Part shown: in pieces, positions 60,629 to 64,000 of the stretch
How the letters are laid out: each line of letters begins with the position of its first letter
How positions within the stretch are numbered: position 1 is the stretch's first letter
Source: Zootoca vivipara
Taxonomy: Eukaryota
DNA length: 64,000 nucleotides
Assembly (NCBI RefSeq): GCF_963506605.1
Contig: NC_083288.1
Coordinates: 40,796,001 to 40,860,000 of the forward strand
Reading direction: 5' to 3'
The notes under the pieces: generated by a model
The model's input: only the letters and a program-made list of their open reading frames with translations
Databases searched by the model: none
What the model was told of the DNA's origin: nothing
Made by a program: the position numbers and the translations under genes

Positions 60629-61018
60629 TCAGTATCTTAATTCAACTGGGTATCCATTCTCACATGAGAGGGAAATTTCCTTAGTTATGGCAAGACTGAT
60701 GTAGCTGTAAAAATGTTTAAAACACAGGGTGACTGGAACAGGAGATAAGCTCTGCATGGGACCAGTTACTGGTGTGCCAAAAAAAGTGCAGATTTCTTTA
60801 AGATCTTGGTCTGAGACATGAATGAAAGTATGTTCCATTCTGTTATTCAGACCCCTTTTCCTGAGTAAATAGTTGCAGTAATCTTTGACGTCAGTCCTCG
60901 GGTAATCGACATACTCGTCTTTGAAGGATTGGAAATCCCAGGAGGCTTCAGTCCCCAGCACCGTCCAGGAGAGCAAAACCAAGAATAGCCATAAAGGAGA
61001 GGGCCCCTTGGCAGCCAT
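60629..61018 (-). CDS. Divergent non-catalytic RNase A-like secreted protein (gene E), 129 aa
   Basis: gccATGG, signal peptide, F...VDYP..YCN...RGL...TFIH...IC...VTLC...CENGYPV skeleton; acceptor cacag at ~61046; AATAAA at 60593-60588. Confidence 0.85.
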   Translation of the reverse strand: MAAKGPSPLWLFLVLLSWTVLGTEASWDFQSFKDEYVDYPRTDVKDYCNYLLRKRGLNNRMEHTFIHVSDQDLKEICTFFGTPVTGPMQSLSPVPVTLCFKHFYSYISLAITKEISLSCENGYPVELRY

Positions 61019-61267
61019 GGCTCTCTGTGGCTCTTGGTGTTTGTTCTGTGCAGAAAAAGCAGGAAACGATGTAAAGTTCAACAGAGCATTATCATACTTT
61101 CCCTTTTCCCACCAGATTTATTATATAACCCACTTCCTAGGAAATATCAAGGAGAAATCTGAAAAGGGCTATGACAGCCTTGCTCAAATTGTAATCCTAA
61201 TTTCCTCATTAGGTAGTTATGAGGCTGCCTAATACTGCAACCAGACACTGCCCCATCTACTTCAGTA

Positions 61268-61516
61268 CAGTGGTGCCCCAGAAGTCAAACGGAATCCGTT
61301 CCAGAACTCCATTCAACTTTCAAAACGTTCGGAAACCAAGATATGGCTTTTGATTGGCTGCAGGAAGCTCCTACAGCCAATTGGAAGCCACAGAAGTTGT
61401 GTCGTACTTTTGGGTTCCGAAGAACGTTTGGAAACCCAAACACTCACTTCTGGATTTGCAGCATTCAGGACCCAAAATGTTTGACTCGCAAGGCGTTTGG
61501 GACCAAGGTACGACTG
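61268..61516. mobile_element. Tigger-type MITE
   Basis: TA-flanked; same insertion as 50146-50394. Confidence 0.85.
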
Positions 61517-62870
61517 TATCAGGCATCCCCTTTCTTCCTCCACCCCATTATAACCAAGAAACTACAGTGTAGTTAGACAGATAGATTTAAGAAAGAGATA
61601 AAACTCAGTTCCAGAGACTAATAAGCACCTCAAAAATCACACAAAAATTGGCCTCTGCAAAGACAACAAATCACACCATTATTCTTCATGTCACCACAGC
61701 AGAAATAAACAGGAGTGAGTTCCCCAAATTAGCACACTGAGATTCAAGACATTACTTCCCAAACTGTTAACCTTAGTCAGAGTGTTGTGGCTTCCTCAGG
61801 CAGCTAATTCTGGTTGTCATGAAATAATAGCAATTTATTGATTTTTGCCATTGCATTTTTATTGCCAGAAATAAGGAACAGTGTTTGACTCCCAGGGCAG
61901 CTTACGTACAACCAGTTGAAAACATGTTAGTCCCTACTCGCAGGCTGAAGATTGTAATGAAACAAAAGGAAAAAGGAATGAGTGGAGAGGAAAAAAGTCA
62001 AACAGAAGGACTAAGAAATTCATGAAAAAAATTTCAAGTCAGCCCCTCCTTTTTCTTTGAGACATCACAATGTTGAGCATCTACTTTCATTTCTTCCTCC
62101 AAAAGTTAAACAAATCCTGCACATAGCAATATTTAAATTCTGGAGAAAGCATTGTAACCTAAATGTCAACATGGCTATTACATACAGTCATCTTATCAGC
62201 ATTCTGTACTTTGAGTTGATGCAGCCAATCCACAGCTCTGCCACCACATTTATTGTCGGAGAGCTTGTGCTCAAAGATGATTGGCTGCAAGTGAAATGCA
62301 GGTAAAGAATATAGCTGCCATGTCTAGAACTTGGGAGAAGGAGTCACACAAAGGTTAAATATTTATTCACAAAAATGAATATCTGCTTACAAAAAATAAA
62401 TTCCCAGGGAGAGCATACAATGAGAAAAGTGTTTTTAAACGTGGAAAGGTTTACTCTATCAAAGACAGAAGAAATTTGAAATCAGGTATGGAAGAAAACA
62501 AATGACAGACAAAGCTTTTTAGATAAGCAAGGCCAGGCCTTTTTCTTACCTAGTGTAATAGAAATTTGATCCACTCCCAAAGAGTGGATCAAAATATCTT
62601 CTTTCATTCGTATGCGCCTCTGAGGATCCTTCAGGAAGAGACACCTTATATACAGAGAATTCAGCTATGGTGGGTGGTGATATATGGAAAATTGTTACTG
62701 GATGTCCTGGAACAAAAGCAGGAAGCATATTTTTTTCCCTGTAAGAGATGGAAATGAAGCAACATTACTGGAAAAACATGAAGGTCTACTTGCTAAAAGG
62801 TTCTGAATGTTATAGTAGTTCCCCACTATTGTTGTACTGGAAGGATGCATTCTGTACCGAACAGGTTGAT

Positions 62871-63046
62871 CAGGGCTGGCTCTAGGGGAAGGCTGGGTGG
62901 CGCGGGGCGCGGGGCTGCCAGGGGGATGCCGCGCCATGCGCCGTGCCCACTCACCAGCCGCGGCAGAAAACGGGGCGAGGCGGGGGTGCCGGAGCAATCT
63001 CCGCACCACGGCGCCAGGGCGCCTGACATGCTTAGAGACGGCCCTG
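62871..63046. mobile_element. GC-rich hAT-type MITE
   Basis: CAGGGC...GCCCTG, TSD AGGTTGAT. Confidence 0.85.
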
Positions 63047-63254
63047 AGGTTGATGGTACAGCTGATGTCTATGTTCTCACATAAACATTTTTACTCACTC
63101 CCGACATGCTTATTACATTGGCCAATGCATGGGGAAGTGTTCATCCACCCATATTTATCAGGGATAATCCGGATTCTCTACGGTGGATACAGTGCTTATA
63201 GCATGAATGTTCCCCCTTGAAAGACTCACTGAAAGACCCAAGAGGAAGATATCT

Positions 63255-63495
63255 TCTACTTGGGGGTACATCTGGATCCTTTGCTGTTGCTTGAGGCTCA
63301 GGTGGCTTCAGTGGCACAGAGTTCCTTCCATCGGCTTGAGCTGATATCCCAGCTGTACGCCTATCTGGACACAGACAGCCTAACTACAGCTGCCTATGCT
63401 CTGGTAACCTCTAAGTTAGATTACTGTAAGGTGTTCTACTCAGGGCTCTGAAGGCAATTTGGAAACTTCAGTTAATGCAGAACTCGGTGGCCAGA
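63255..63495 (+). mobile_element. L2 ORF2 fragment
   Basis: LGVHLD..L....QV...ALVTSKLDYC. Confidence 0.75.
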
Positions 63496-64000
63496 CATAA
63501 GCAAAGGAGAAGATCTCATTGACCTGTAGGTGAGAACTGGATTTATTCCATCTACTGATTGAGAAGAAAACATGAATATGGTTGTGCAAGAGTTGAAAGT
63601 AGCTTCCAAACTCACAGTGGGTGGATCAGAAGCCCAGAGCAGGTGAATTACTCTGGGCAGAGAATTGTGGGAGATTTAAATCAATGCTCACATTCCAAGA
63701 GCTTGATGCCACTTCTGGGGTCGAAAATGTGGGGCCAAATTGAGATCTGCCATGGTTCTTTTTTCATTAAACTCCATTTGCTCTCTTGTAGAATAATATA
63801 ATTATTATTTTGTTCATTTGATGTTCAGTAATATTCCTCCCAATTGTGAAAATTGCAATTAGGGCCTTGAACCACTTTCATGGCTATGAGTGTTAGGTCG
63901 ATGTATGGATACTTGTTAATGAATGGCATTGGAAGAATGGAAGTTTGTTTATTACTCTTAGGGAGTAATAAACTGCCTTGCAGTTATCATGTAAGCAAAG

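Overview
Vertebrate genomic DNA, almost certainly a lacertid lizard (Sauria SINEs, RTE-BovB, L2, Penelope, Rex-Babar and many Tigger/hAT MITEs). The left third holds exons 1-11 of METTL17 on the minus strand (330 codons; the 3' exons lie off the left edge). Its promoter carries NRF1, YY1 and CCAAT motifs, and intron 5 contains a very young, nearly intact sushi/Tf1-type chromovirus (Ty3/Gypsy, 7720-13537). The rest is an RNase A/angiogenin cluster: four genes with the full catalytic triad, one intact but catalytically dead two-disulfide RNase-like gene, one decayed RNase pseudogene, and two 'ghost' duplicates whose coding exon is missing. Highlights: (1) the retrotransposon integrase tail has two tandem helix-F...[DE]FxGF motifs resembling LEDGF/TND-interacting motifs, a candidate host-tethering system; (2) a tRNA-independent self-priming PBS and a -1 frameshift pseudoknot can be read directly from the sequence; (3) a pre-tRNA-Asn/Sauria-SINE chimeric retroposon inside one TSD; (4) independent TE insertions at homologous sites in two paralogs. 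All homology calls come from my own recognition, not database searches.
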